Sequence record: DRR723986_2444
DNA length: 20,000 nucleotides
Direction: 5' to 3' (one strand)
In this document: one piece after another, positions 9,598-19,286 of the stretch
How positions within the stretch are numbered: the stretch's first letter is position 1
How the letters are laid out: each line of letters opens with the position of its first letter
Notes under the pieces: model-generated
Databases searched by the model: none
What the model saw: only the letters and a program-made list of their open reading frames with translations
Told to the model about the DNA's origin: nothing
Position numbers and translations under genes: made by a program

Positions 9598-10485
9598 ATG
9601 ACAGATTTTCCTACCATTGAGCAATGTATTGGCAATACACCCCTAGTGAGGTTGCAACGCCTTAATCGCGACAGCAGTAATACGATTTTGCTGAAGCTAG
9701 AGGGAAATAACCCCGCTGGTTCCGTTAAAGACCGTCCGGCTATGAGTATGATAGCGCGCGCGGAGGCTCGGGGCGATATACAACCTGGTGACACGCTTAT
9801 TGAAGCGACGAGCGGTAACACGGGGATCGCGCTGGCGATGGCCGCTGCCATTCGCGGCTATAAGATGGTGCTGATCATGCCAAGCCATATGAGTAGTGAG
9901 CGCAAATTGGCAATGTCTGCCTATGGCGCCACCCTTGTGGAGGTGAGTCAAGAAGAGGGAATGGAAGGGGCGCGAGACTTGGCCCTAGCGATGCAGGCAA
10001 GAGGCGAGGGAAAGGTACTGGATCAATTTGCAAACCCCGATAACCCCCTGGCTCACTATGAGGGAACTGGCCCTGAGATCTGGCGTCAGACCGATGGACG
10101 TATTACCCACTTTGTCAGCTCGATGGGAACCACCGGTACCATTATGGGCGTCTCCCGGTTCCTTAAAGAGCAAAACCCCAGTGTGCAGATCGTTGGACTG
10201 CAGCCTGAAGATGGCTCTAGCATTCCTGGTATTCGTCGCTGGCCTGAGGCTTACCTGCCGAAAATATATCAGGCCCCAAGGGTCGACCAGGTGATGGATA
10301 TTGATCAGCAACTGGCTGAAAAAACCATGCGAGCACTTGCTGAGCAGGAAGGGATATTTTGTGGTGTGTCCTCCGGTGGTGCGGTCGCCGGAGCGCTTCG
10401 TCTTAGCGAGCAGGTGGAAAACGCCGTAATTGTTGCCATTATTTGTGACCGCGGTGACCGATATTTGTCCACCGGCGTTTTCTAG
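9598..10485 (+). CDS. cysM: Cysteine synthase B
   Basis: IGNTPLV, KLEGNNPAGSVKDR (PLP Lys), EATSGNTG, SMGTTGT, IPGIRRWP, CDRGDRYLSTGVF. Confidence 0.98.
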   Translation: MTDFPTIEQCIGNTPLVRLQRLNRDSSNTILLKLEGNNPAGSVKDRPAMSMIARAEARGDIQPGDTLIEATSGNTGIALAMAAAIRGYKMVLIMPSHMSSERKLAMSAYGATLVEVSQEEGMEGARDLALAMQARGEGKVLDQFANPDNPLAHYEGTGPEIWRQTDGRITHFVSSMGTTGTIMGVSRFLKEQNPSVQIVGLQPEDGSSIPGIRRWPEAYLPKIYQAPRVDQVMDIDQQLAEKTMRALAEQEGIFCGVSSGGAVAGALRLSEQVENAVIVAIICDRGDRYLSTGVF

Positions 10486-10540
10486 GCAGCGGTATTGCCG
10501 CCTTGTTTGAAACCAGTCGGAAAATGATTGAGTTAATACC

Positions 10541-12775
10541 ATGGTAAAGGTCCGAGAGGATTACCCACAGTTAGCCGACGGGCGTGTTGATATCCCGCGC
10601 TGGATGGAGCGCCTGTCGATAGATGACAGCGTTGTTGCGCGCAGTGAGTTGCTCCGTGCCTTTGAGCTCGCCGAACAGTGCGCCAGCGGCAGTGCGGGCA
10701 CAGAGCCCGATGTCAGTGGGGATAGCTTTTTCACCGCCCTGGAAATGGTGGAAATTCTTGCCGACCTGCATTTGGATCAAGACAGTCTGGTTGCCGCGAC
10801 CTTGTTTCGCGCAGTTCGAGAAGCGAGGTTATCGCTGAGTGACCTGGAACAGCAATTTGGCGGCTCTGTGGCGAAGCTGGTCGATGGCGTGTTGGGAATG
10901 GCGGCCATTTCCAAAGTTAACGCAGAGTTGGATGTTCCGGTGCTGGGGCAGTCCGAGGCGCAAAGCGAAACCATTCGGAAAATGTTGGTGGCGTTGGTCG
11001 ACGATGTTCGCGTTGCACTGATTAAGTTGGCAGAGAGAACCTCGGCGATTCGCGCGGTGAAGAACCGTCCGGAGAAACGCTATCGTGTTGCGAGAGAAGT
11101 TTTCGACATCTACGCGCCTCTGGCTCATCGCCTGGGTATTGGCCACATAAAGTGGGAGTTAGAGGATCTTAGCTTTCGCTACTTGCAGCCATCGGCATAC
11201 AAAAAAATTGCCAAACTGTTGGATGAGAAGCGATTAGACCGCCAACACTATATCGACGAGGTCATTCACACGCTTACCACGGCGATCAAGGCCGATGGCA
11301 TTGACGCAGATATCGCCGGCAGAGCGAAGCACATTTACAGCATCTGGCGGAAAATGCAGCGCAAGGGGATTGGTTTTTCCCAAGTCTACGATATTCGCGC
11401 AGTGCGCGTGCTAGTGCCGGATGTAAAAGCTTGCTATGCCGTGCTTGGCCTGGTCCACGGCCTGTGGCGAAATATTCCCAACGAGTTCGATGATTACATC
11501 GCCAGCCCCAAAGAAAATGGCTACCGCTCACTCCATACCGCTGTAATAGGCCCCCAGGGCAAGGTTCTGGAAGTGCAAATTCGCACCCGAAGCATGCACG
11601 AGGAAGCAGAGTTTGGTGTGTGCTCTCACTGGATGTACAAAGGGGCAGACAAAACCGCCAAGAGTAATAACAGCTACGACGAAAAAATAGCGTGGCTGCG
11701 GCAGGTGTTGGACTGGCATGAGGAAAGTGGTAGCAGCAGTGACGTCGCGGAGCAGTTCACCCGCGCCCAGGACAGGGTCTACGTGTTTACCCCAGATGGC
11801 CATGTTGTGAATTTGCAAAACGGCGCGACGCCATTGGATTTTGCGTATCACATCCATACTGAGGTGGGTAATCGCTGCCGCGGCGCTAAAGTGAACGGCC
11901 GCATCGTACCACTGACATACACCCTGAATACCGGCGAGCGCGTTGAAATTCTCACCGGGAAAGAGAGCAAACCTCGCCGCGATTGGCTGCAGAGTAATCT
12001 GGGCTATCTAAAAACCAGCCGGGCTCGCACTAAAGTGCAACATTGGTTTCGACAGCAGGCTAAGGAAGACAATATTGCCGCTGGTCGCGCGTTGCTGGAA
12101 AAAGAATTTCGCCGCTTGGCGCTCAATAGCGTTGACTACAAGTACATTGCCGATCAAACCCATTGTGCCAGCGTAGAGGATATGTACGCTGCGGTGGGGG
12201 CCGGTGAAATCAGTATGCTACAAATTGTCCGTCTGGCGAACCAGCTGATCGGGCAAGATGAAAATGCCGCTGAAGAAGTACTGCCACGCCTGAAGGCGCC
12301 GAGCAAAACCTCCAAAGATAGCAGTAAGGTGCGGATAAGCGGCGTTGGCAACTTGTTAACGCACTTCGCCAGGTGCTGTAAACCTCTGCCTGGGGAGGCT
12401 ATTACGGGATACATCACCGTGGGGCGTGGCGTGAGCGTTCACCGCCAAGATTGCAGTAAGCTTCTGCAACTTCAGAGCGTGGAGCCGCACCGAATTATTG
12501 CCGTCGACTGGGAAGTTGAGCAAACCGATACTTACCCTGTTGATATCGAGTTGCAGGCTTTCGACCGACAAGGCCTGCTTCGCGATATCACCCTGCAGTT
12601 GGCCACAGAAAAGGTGAATGTAATTTCCCTGAATACGGTTACCGACACGAATAGCCACATGGCCACGATGCGTATTCGTTTGGAAATTAGTGATGTCGGC
12701 GCTTTGTCGGGCCTGTTGAGCCGCCTAAATGGCTTGCCGAATGTCGTAGCGGTGAAACGTGTTAAGGAAGGATGA
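10541..12775 (+). CDS. relA: GTP pyrophosphokinase / (p)ppGpp synthetase I
   Basis: MVKVRE N-terminus, degenerate hydrolase lacking HD (LFRAVRE), APLAHRLG, GRAKHIYSIWRKM, NGYRSLHT, EVQIRT, TGS (VYVFTPDG), ARCCKP..HRQDC, ACT domain. Confidence 0.98.
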   Translation: MVKVREDYPQLADGRVDIPRWMERLSIDDSVVARSELLRAFELAEQCASGSAGTEPDVSGDSFFTALEMVEILADLHLDQDSLVAATLFRAVREARLSLSDLEQQFGGSVAKLVDGVLGMAAISKVNAELDVPVLGQSEAQSETIRKMLVALVDDVRVALIKLAERTSAIRAVKNRPEKRYRVAREVFDIYAPLAHRLGIGHIKWELEDLSFRYLQPSAYKKIAKLLDEKRLDRQHYIDEVIHTLTTAIKADGIDADIAGRAKHIYSIWRKMQRKGIGFSQVYDIRAVRVLVPDVKACYAVLGLVHGLWRNIPNEFDDYIASPKENGYRSLHTAVIGPQGKVLEVQIRTRSMHEEAEFGVCSHWMYKGADKTAKSNNSYDEKIAWLRQVLDWHEESGSSSDVAEQFTRAQDRVYVFTPDGHVVNLQNGATPLDFAYHIHTEVGNRCRGAKVNGRIVPLTYTLNTGERVEILTGKESKPRRDWLQSNLGYLKTSRARTKVQHWFRQQAKEDNIAAGRALLEKEFRRLALNSVDYKYIADQTHCASVEDMYAAVGAGEISMLQIVRLANQLIGQDENAAEEVLPRLKAPSKTSKDSSKVRISGVGNLLTHFARCCKPLPGEAITGYITVGRGVSVHRQDCSKLLQLQSVEPHRIIAVDWEVEQTDTYPVDIELQAFDRQGLLRDITLQLATEKVNVISLNTVTDTNSHMATMRIRLEISDVGALSGLLSRLNGLPNVVAVKRVKEG

Positions 12776-13587
12776 TGGCGGCAAAGCAATATAGCATTGA
12801 TGACTTGCGCGAACTGATGTCGCGTTTGCGCGACCCTCAAGATGGTTGTCCCTGGGATCAAAAGCAGGACTTTAAAAGCATCGTCCCTCATACACTCGAA
12901 GAGGTCTATGAGCTCGTCGATGCGATCGAGAGCGCTGACCCGGATCAGATTCGCCAGGAAATGGGCGACGTGTTGTTCCAGTTAATTTTTTACAGCCAGC
13001 TGGCGCAGGAGCAGGGCGACTTTACCTTTAACGACGTTGTCGATGACATCACTCGCAAACTTCTGCGCCGTCATCCCCATGTTTTTCCCGATGGAACCTT
13101 GGAAAGTCGCCGTGGAGAAGCGCCGCCTGATGAACTCGCAATCAAGCAGCGCTGGGAGGAAATCAAGGCAGAGGAGCGCCGGGGAAAGGCCCAGTTGAGT
13201 GCCCTAGATGATATTCCATTAGCGCTGCCAGCGACGAATCGAGCAGAAAAACTGCAAAAGCGGGCGAGTCGTCTTGGCTTTGATTGGGACGATGTGGCAG
13301 GTGTATTGGCTGCTTTGGAAGATGAGCTGGCCGAGCTCAAAGAAGCGATAGACGGCGGCCAACGTGAGGAAATAGCCGATGAGCTTGGCGATGTTTTCTT
13401 CTCCGTGGTGAACCTGAGTCGTCACCTTAAGCACGACGCCGAAGGCGCACTGCGAGCGGCGGGCCAGAAATTCGAGCGACGCTTTCGCTATGTTGAACAA
13501 CAGGCCGGGGGGCAGGAAGGCACTGCCGCCACACCGAGAGCCCTGCTAGAACAGTATTGGCAAGATGCGAAACAAGCGGGCCTGTAG
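12772..13587 (+). CDS. mazG: Nucleoside triphosphate pyrophosphohydrolase MazG
   Basis: LRDPQDGCPWD, EEVYE, EMGDVL, RRHPHVF, GFDW, DELGDVFF; ATGA overlap with the relA stop. Confidence 0.97.
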   Translation: MMAAKQYSIDDLRELMSRLRDPQDGCPWDQKQDFKSIVPHTLEEVYELVDAIESADPDQIRQEMGDVLFQLIFYSQLAQEQGDFTFNDVVDDITRKLLRRHPHVFPDGTLESRRGEAPPDELAIKQRWEEIKAEERRGKAQLSALDDIPLALPATNRAEKLQKRASRLGFDWDDVAGVLAALEDELAELKEAIDGGQREEIADELGDVFFSVVNLSRHLKHDAEGALRAAGQKFERRFRYVEQQAGGQEGTAATPRALLEQYWQDAKQAGL

Positions 13588-13598
13588 CCCACTTGTGG

Positions 13599-13934
13599 TC
13601 AGTGCTTGTTGCGGTTTCTCAGGGCTGACATGTGCTTTTCAGTCAGGCTCAGGTAGCGAGGCGTAGGGCCAACGTCCTCATAGATGGGGTCGCCGAGTTC
13701 ATCGGTGGTAACAACTTTTTTGCCGCGGACATAGGGCATGGCGCTTTCGAGTTCGTTCAATGACGCGCTAAGCAGGTCGGTGATTAGCTCTTCAACGTGG
13801 CGCCTGGGATAGAGCTCTGCCAGCGCTTTCAGCTTGGCGGCGTCCTCCAGTGGCAGCCGTATTTTGTAGCAATCCTCGGTTAAGCCGCTGCTGGCGGTTT
13901 GTTCCCAGAGTGATAACAAATCCCGTACTTTCAT
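13599..13934 (-). CDS. Small hypothetical protein with ribbon-helix-helix-like signature
   Basis: 111 aa; ACAGGA RBS-like sequence upstream; beta-helix-helix pattern YKIRLP-LEDAAKLKALAELY-VEELITDLLSASL; C-terminal DELGDPIYEDVGPTPRY. Confidence 0.8.
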   Translation of the reverse strand: MKVRDLLSLWEQTASSGLTEDCYKIRLPLEDAAKLKALAELYPRRHVEELITDLLSASLNELESAMPYVRGKKVVTTDELGDPIYEDVGPTPRYLSLTEKHMSALRNRNKH

Positions 13935-13998
13935 TTGCCAGTTCCTGTCATCGCAGAGTATTCACACTCTGATACTAGTACGTAGCTTGGGGACTTGC

Positions 13999-14187
13999 CT
14001 AGGGCCTGTTCACACTAATTGCGTCACGCCTGTTGCGGCTATAAATTCGCAATACAGGACTGAGAAGAGGTGTTTGCTTATTTCAAATGCGCGACGAATG
14101 GCAACGAGTGGTGGATTTTTAGCCTCAGCCCCAAAGGCTGATGCCATTTTGCCTGCAACAGGTGCAATTCAATGAGTGAGGCGCTAG
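13999..14187. mobile_element. MITE-like / interspersed palindromic element (~189 bp)
   Basis: CTAG at both ends (13999-14002, 14184-14187); imperfect terminal inverted repeats CTAGgGCCT..AATTGC..CCTGTTGC versus GCAACAGG..GCAATT..AGGCgCTAG; internal stems; no transposase ORF. Confidence 0.6.
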
Positions 14188-14265
14188 CTTGCCGCTCAGA
14201 GATCGACGGTTACCTAAGGGCGGGGCTGTCGTGTAGTCACAGGGCGGTCTTCGACCTTAGTAGGC

Positions 14266-14294
14266 TTGTGTGTCGGCCTTTAGCTGTGTATCGT
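14266..14294 (+). promoter_or_regulatory. Putative sigma70 promoter for adk
   Basis: TTGTGT (14266-14271), 17 nt spacer, TATCGT (14289-14294). Confidence 0.35.
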
Positions 14295-14425
14295 TGTCGG
14301 CTTTGAAAAGCGACCAGTTCGACGCCTCAGCCGTCGAGACCGACTAATCAGTTTGCAGACGTTGGTAGAAAAGCCATTCAGAGCTTTTGCTGCAAGGTAT
14401 GTTCCAGCCATTCCAATCGCATTAG

Positions 14426-15127
<702 letters not shown>

Positions 15128-15159
15128 GCGCTGTTGTGGCAGTCTGGTTTTGCGATTTG

Positions 15160-15189
15160 CGGCGCCTTTAGGCGCCGTTTTTCTTTTTT
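15160..15189 (+). terminator. Rho-independent terminator after adk
   Basis: CGGCGCC-TTTA-GGCGCCG followed by TTTTTCTTTTTT. Confidence 0.88.
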
Positions 15190-15252
15190 GCTATAAACCG
15201 AATGTTTGTTCAATCGCGTAAGATGCATCTCGCACGCCTTGGAAAGTGAAAA

Positions 15253-16242
15253 ATGAAAACAGCGGTAGTCTTTATCAATTTGGGTACGCCAGATACTCCC
15301 AATACCTCTGGGGTGCGGCGGTTCTTACGGGAGTTTCTGTCAGACCGACGCGTGGTCGAGGTTCCCAGGCTTATTTGGTTGGCGATACTCTATCTTATTA
15401 TTCTCCCTTTTCGTTCACCTCGTGTGGCAAAGGCCTACCGACAAATATGGTTTGGAGACACCTCTCCGCTCAGGCATTTTTCAGAAAGTTTAGTTGAGGG
15501 GGTTGCCAGTAAACTCTCTCAGGAGTATCCGGATGCGGATATCACGGTGCGGCTTGCCATGACGTACGGGCAGCCCAGTGTGGAGTCTCAAATACATGAG
15601 CTCTGCGACGCCGGTGTCGAAAACATCTTTTTTGTGCCGTTGTACCCACAGTATTCAGCGACTACCACGGCGGCCGCGATGGATGCCGTATATCGCTGCT
15701 TTGCTCGCATGCGGGACATACCTCAGTGGTCATGGCTGCGCAATTACCACAACCATGAGGCCTATGTGGCGGCCCTTGGGGAAAGTGTTAAAGCACACTG
15801 GCAGAAGAACGGCCGGGCAGAGCGATTACTCATGTCGTTTCACGGAATTCCGAAGCGAAATGTGGATTTGGGCGACCCCTACGAACAGCATTGCAATGAA
15901 ACCGCAGAGGCCGTGGCCAAGTACCTTGAACTGGATGACACCCAGTGGCTGAGAACATTTCAGTCTCGGCTGGGTAAGGCTGAGTGGTTAACCCCCTATA
16001 CAGACAAAACTGTAGAAGCGTTGCCGGCAGAAGGGGTGAAAAGCCTGGATGTAATGTGTCCAGCGTTTGCTGTTGAATGTCTTGAAACACTGGAAGAGAT
16101 AGATGGCGAAGCAAAAGAGATTTTCATGGAGCACGGTGGCGAAGGCTTTAATTACATCCCGTGTTTGAATGATAGCGATGCCCATCAAGATTTGATGCTG
16201 GAATTGTGTCGTCCATTTGTTTCTCAGTCTCTGAAAAAGTAA
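15253..16242 (+). CDS. hemH: Ferrochelatase
   Basis: NLGTP, FLSDRRVVE, PLYPQYS, SFHGIP, FQSRLGKAEWLTPYT, CLETLEEI, IPCLND; adk-hemH synteny. Confidence 0.98.
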   Translation: MKTAVVFINLGTPDTPNTSGVRRFLREFLSDRRVVEVPRLIWLAILYLIILPFRSPRVAKAYRQIWFGDTSPLRHFSESLVEGVASKLSQEYPDADITVRLAMTYGQPSVESQIHELCDAGVENIFFVPLYPQYSATTTAAAMDAVYRCFARMRDIPQWSWLRNYHNHEAYVAALGESVKAHWQKNGRAERLLMSFHGIPKRNVDLGDPYEQHCNETAEAVAKYLELDDTQWLRTFQSRLGKAEWLTPYTDKTVEALPAEGVKSLDVMCPAFAVECLETLEEIDGEAKEIFMEHGGEGFNYIPCLNDSDAHQDLMLELCRPFVSQSLKK

Positions 16243-16352
16243 GTCGTTAAGTTAGACAAAGCGTTTGATTTTTTTGCGAAAATTTTGCGCTGCTTACTAT
16301 GTATGCTATTTTTTAAACAAATAGCATAACGCTGTTCGCCAAGGAGAATAAA

Positions 16353-17174
16353 ATGCCAAGAGCAAAGCGCAAAGTTGCCACTGCAGCAAAGAAGAAAACA
16401 TCGCCTAAAAAAGCCGCCTCCCCCGGAAATGCCGTCGTTAAAAAAGCCGAGGAAGGTTTGAAGAAAGTTGAGGCGATGTTAGCGAAAGAACGCAAGGCGG
16501 TAGCAGCAGCGAAAGCGAAGCTAGATTCTGCTAAGGCGAAGGCAAAGAAAACGGCCAAGGCGGTAGATAAAAATGCTGCCAAGCGTGCGTCGGCTGCAGC
16601 AAGTAAGGCAAACCAAAAATTGCGAACAGTACGTGCGAAGGTTGCCAGTAGTAAGTCGGCATTAGCTGATGCAAAAGTCATTGCAAAAATCTCTGCCTCG
16701 GAGGCTGCGGTTCGCCAAAAAATTCAAGAGCGATCCGAAGCGCTGGCGAGTAAGGCAGACGCTGATTTAGCCAAAGCGGTTAAACAGTTCGAGCAGCGGT
16801 TTATCAAAAAGCGCAACGCAGAGGACAAAGCGAAGCTCGCTACTATTGAGCGCAAACTTGTCAGCAAGCACAAGATGGCGGTCAAACAACTGACAGCCAA
16901 GTTGTCAGAGCCTGCCAAAGCGGCATTGGCAAAGACCGCATCCAAGCCTGCAGCGGCGCCAACCGCCAAGAAAAAGGCGTCATCTAAAAAGGCGGCGGTT
17001 AAAAAAGCTGCCTCTAAAAAGTCAGCAGCTCGCAAAACCGCCGCGAAGAAAAGTGCCCCTAAAAAAGCGGCGGCTAAGAAGGTTGCGAAGAAGAAAGTAG
17101 TTGCTAAGAAGTCAGCGCCGAAAAAGGCACCGGCAAAGAAAGCGGCTACCACGCCAGCCAAGGCCAGTAGCTGA
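16353..17174 (+). CDS. Lys/Ala-rich histone H1-like / AlgP-like protein (273 aa)
   Basis: AAGGAG RBS; K/A-dominated composition, long amphipathic helical segment, C-terminal KKAA/KKSA/KKVA repeats; followed by its own terminator. Confidence 0.85.
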   Translation: MPRAKRKVATAAKKKTSPKKAASPGNAVVKKAEEGLKKVEAMLAKERKAVAAAKAKLDSAKAKAKKTAKAVDKNAAKRASAAASKANQKLRTVRAKVASSKSALADAKVIAKISASEAAVRQKIQERSEALASKADADLAKAVKQFEQRFIKKRNAEDKAKLATIERKLVSKHKMAVKQLTAKLSEPAKAALAKTASKPAAAPTAKKKASSKKAAVKKAASKKSAARKTAAKKSAPKKAAAKKVAKKKVVAKKSAPKKAPAKKAATTPAKASS

Positions 17175-17213
17175 GTATTAGCGCCTCTGGATACCCCTCC
17201 AGAGTCAGTAGAT

Positions 17214-17238
17214 AAACCGCGCTACGGCGCGGTTTTTT
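17214..17238 (+). terminator. Rho-independent terminator after the H1-like gene
   Basis: AAACCGCGC-TACG-GCGCGGTTT plus further Ts; cUACGg tetraloop. Confidence 0.9.
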
Positions 17239-17254
17239 GTTTGCGGCTTAAGCC

Positions 17255-17292
17255 TTGCAGAGCCTGGGATCGGTGTTCATAATAGCCGCCCC
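17255..17292 (+). promoter_or_regulatory. Putative sigma70 promoter of thrS with GC-rich discriminator
   Basis: TTGCAG (17255-17260), 17 nt spacer, CATAAT (17278-17283), then AGCCGCCCC. Confidence 0.6.
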
Positions 17293-17315
17293 AATTTTTG
17301 CGCAATAGCGTTTTA

Positions 17316-17352
17316 CATGTGGCCTATCGTAGCGGCCACCACTGGATAAGGA
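17316..17352 (+). promoter_or_regulatory. thrS translational operator (tRNA-Thr anticodon-arm mimic)
   Basis: Stem GTGGCC (17319-17324)/GGCCAC (17334-17339) with loop TATCGTAGC containing CGU, followed by CACTG and TAAGGA RBS; resembles E. coli thrS operator domain 2. Confidence 0.75.
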
Positions 17353-17358
17353 ACAGTC

Positions 17359-19284
17359 ATGCCTGTTATTACTCTCCCCGATAATAGTACCCGTGAATTC
17401 GACACGCCGATTACCGTTGAGGGTGTAGCGGCCGACATTGGTCCAGGCCTTGCCAAGGCGGCTCTTGCCGGGCGGGTGGACGGTGAGCTCGTCGATACTC
17501 ACTACCTTATCGAGCAAGATGCCAACCTGGCGATTATCACCGATCGAGACGAAGAGGGCCTGGAGATTATTCGTCACTCTACGGCGCATTTGCTGGCGAT
17601 GGCTGTTCAGGAGGAGTTCCCGGGCGCGCAGGTAACGATTGGCCCAACAGTGGAAGATGGCTTCTACTACGATTTTGCCTTTGAGCGTGCTTTTACACCT
17701 GATGACCTGCAGAAAATCGAGGCGCGAATGGAGGCCATCGCCGGGCAGGATTTAGCTGTCGAGCGATTGGTAATGTCGCGTGAAGAGGCGGCTAAAACGT
17801 TCGCCGATATGGGCGAAGAGTATAAAGTTGAAATTATCCACGACCTGCCTGAGGGAGAGGAGATCTCAGTTTACAAGCAGGGTGAGTGGATGGATTTGTG
17901 CCGGGGGCCTCATGTTCCCAGTACTGGCCGTTTGAAAGCCTTTAAACTCACCAAGGTGGCCGGTGCCTATTGGCGAGGCGATCAGAATAACGCCATGTTG
18001 CAGCGTATTTATGGCACTGCCTGGGCGAATAAGAAGGCCCTTAAGTCCTATTTGAACCGGATTGCTGAGGCGGAAAAGCGAGATCACCGCAAGGTTGCTA
18101 AAAAACTCGACCTATTTCACATGCAGGAAGAGGCGCCAGGAATGGTGTTTTGGCACCCCAAGGGCTGGGGCATATATCAGGCTGTTGAGCAATATATGCG
18201 AGACCAGCAGCGCAAGCATGGTTACCAAGAGATTAAAACTCCTCAGCTGGTTGATATTTCGCTGTGGGAGAAGTCGGGACACGCTGACAAGTTTAGCGAT
18301 GGCATGTTCCGCCTGCAGGCTGATGAGCGTGAAGTGGCTGTGAAGCCAATGAACTGCCCTTGTCACGTGCAGGTATTTAACCAGGGACTGCGCAGCTATC
18401 GGGATCTGCCCCTGAGGCTGGCAGAGTTTGGTTCGTGTCATCGCAACGAGCCCTCAGGGTCCCTGCATGGAATTATGCGAGTGCGTGGTTTTACCCAGGA
18501 CGACGCTCACATTTTTTGCGCGGAGGAGTCGATTCAGCAGGAAGTGGCACAATTTATCGACTTTTTGCACGACGTCTACGCCGATTTTGGTTTCAGTGAC
18601 GTTATCTATCGCCTGTCAACGCGCCCTGCGCAGCGCGTTGGTAGCGACGAGGATTGGGATCGGGCTGAAGAGGCGCTGGCACTAGCCTTGGATAGCAAGT
18701 CTTTGCCCTGGGAAGAGCTGCCAGGAGAGGGCGCTTTCTACGGGCCAAAAATTGAATTTTCCCTCAAGGATTGTATTGGTCGGGTTTGGCAGTTGGGGAC
18801 GATTCAGGTTGATTTTTCAATGCCGGGCCGCCTGGGCGCGCAATATGTGGACGAGAGCGGCCAGCGCAAGACGCCGGTAATGCTGCACCGGGCAATATTG
18901 GGGTCTTTCGAGCGTTTTATCGGTATTTTGATCGAGCATTACGAGGGCGCATTCCCGCTTTGGCTTGCGCCGGTGCAGGCGGTGGTCTGCAATATCACCG
19001 ATGCACAGGGTGAATATGTGTCAGAAGTGAAAGAATTCCTGCAAGATCGTGGGTTTAGGGTCGACTCGGACTTGAGAAATGAGAAGATCGGCTTTAAAAT
19101 CCGCGAGCACACAATTCAGAAGGTGCCTTATATCCTGGTAGTTGGGGATAAAGAGGTGGAAAGTCGGACTGTAGCAGTGCGTGCAAGAGGTGGTAAGGAT
19201 CTGGGCTCGATCTCACTTGATGAGTTAGCGAGCACCCTTGCCGAAGGCGTGGCTGCCCGCAGCCGTGCAATATCGGAGAGCTAG
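17359..19284 (+). CDS. thrS: Threonine--tRNA ligase
   Basis: [11 protein letters not shown] domain, [62 protein letters not shown]. Confidence 0.99.
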   Translation: MPVITLPDNSTREFDTPITVEGVAADIGPGLAKAALAGRVDGELVDTHYLIEQDANLAIITDRDEEGLEIIRHSTAHLLAMAVQEEFPGAQVTIGPTVEDGFYYDFAFERAFTPDDLQKIEARMEAIAGQDLAVERLVMSREEAAKTFADMGEEYKVEIIHDLPEGEEISVYKQGEWMDLCRGPHVPSTGRLKAFKLTKVAGAYWRGDQNNAMLQRIYGTAWANKKALKSYLNRIAEAEKRDHRKVAKKLDLFHMQEEAPGMVFWHPKGWGIYQAVEQYMRDQQRKHGYQEIKTPQLVDISLWEKSGHADKFSDGMFRLQADEREVAVKPMNCPCHVQVFNQGLRSYRDLPLRLAEFGSCHRNEPSGSLHGIMRVRGFTQDDAHIFCAEESIQQEVAQFIDFLHDVYADFGFSDVIYRLSTRPAQRVGSDEDWDRAEEALALALDSKSLPWEELPGEGAFYGPKIEFSLKDCIGRVWQLGTIQVDFSMPGRLGAQYVDESGQRKTPVMLHRAILGSFERFIGILIEHYEGAFPLWLAPVQAVVCNITDAQGEYVSEVKEFLQDRGFRVDSDLRNEKIGFKIREHTIQKVPYILVVGDKEVESRTVAVRARGGKDLGSISLDELASTLAEGVAARSRAISES

Positions 19285-19286
19285 CA

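Noticed and set aside
12770-13934. Possible toxin-antitoxin (mazEF-like) or abortive-infection module around mazG
   Set aside because: relA and mazG overlap directly, MazG is the two-domain housekeeping type, and no toxin gene accompanies the RHH-like ORF.
13987-14175. 62-aa ORF in the intergenic region
   Set aside because: Lies within the palindromic MITE-like element, TTG start, no recognisable motif.
14212-14262. Possible stem CTAAGG/CCTTAG with inner GGTC-TTC-GACC
   Set aside because: Short pairings in GC-rich sequence; cannot be distinguished from chance by eye.
16960-17160. Repeat-like DNA resembling a CRISPR or tandem array
   Set aside because: Periodicity comes from KKAA-type protein repeats with varied codons; no identical repeats with unique spacers and no cas genes.
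16313-17161. Antisense Phe/Leu/Ala-rich ORFs (122 and 145 aa)
   Set aside because: Shadow frames of the low-complexity Lys/Ala codons on the + strand.
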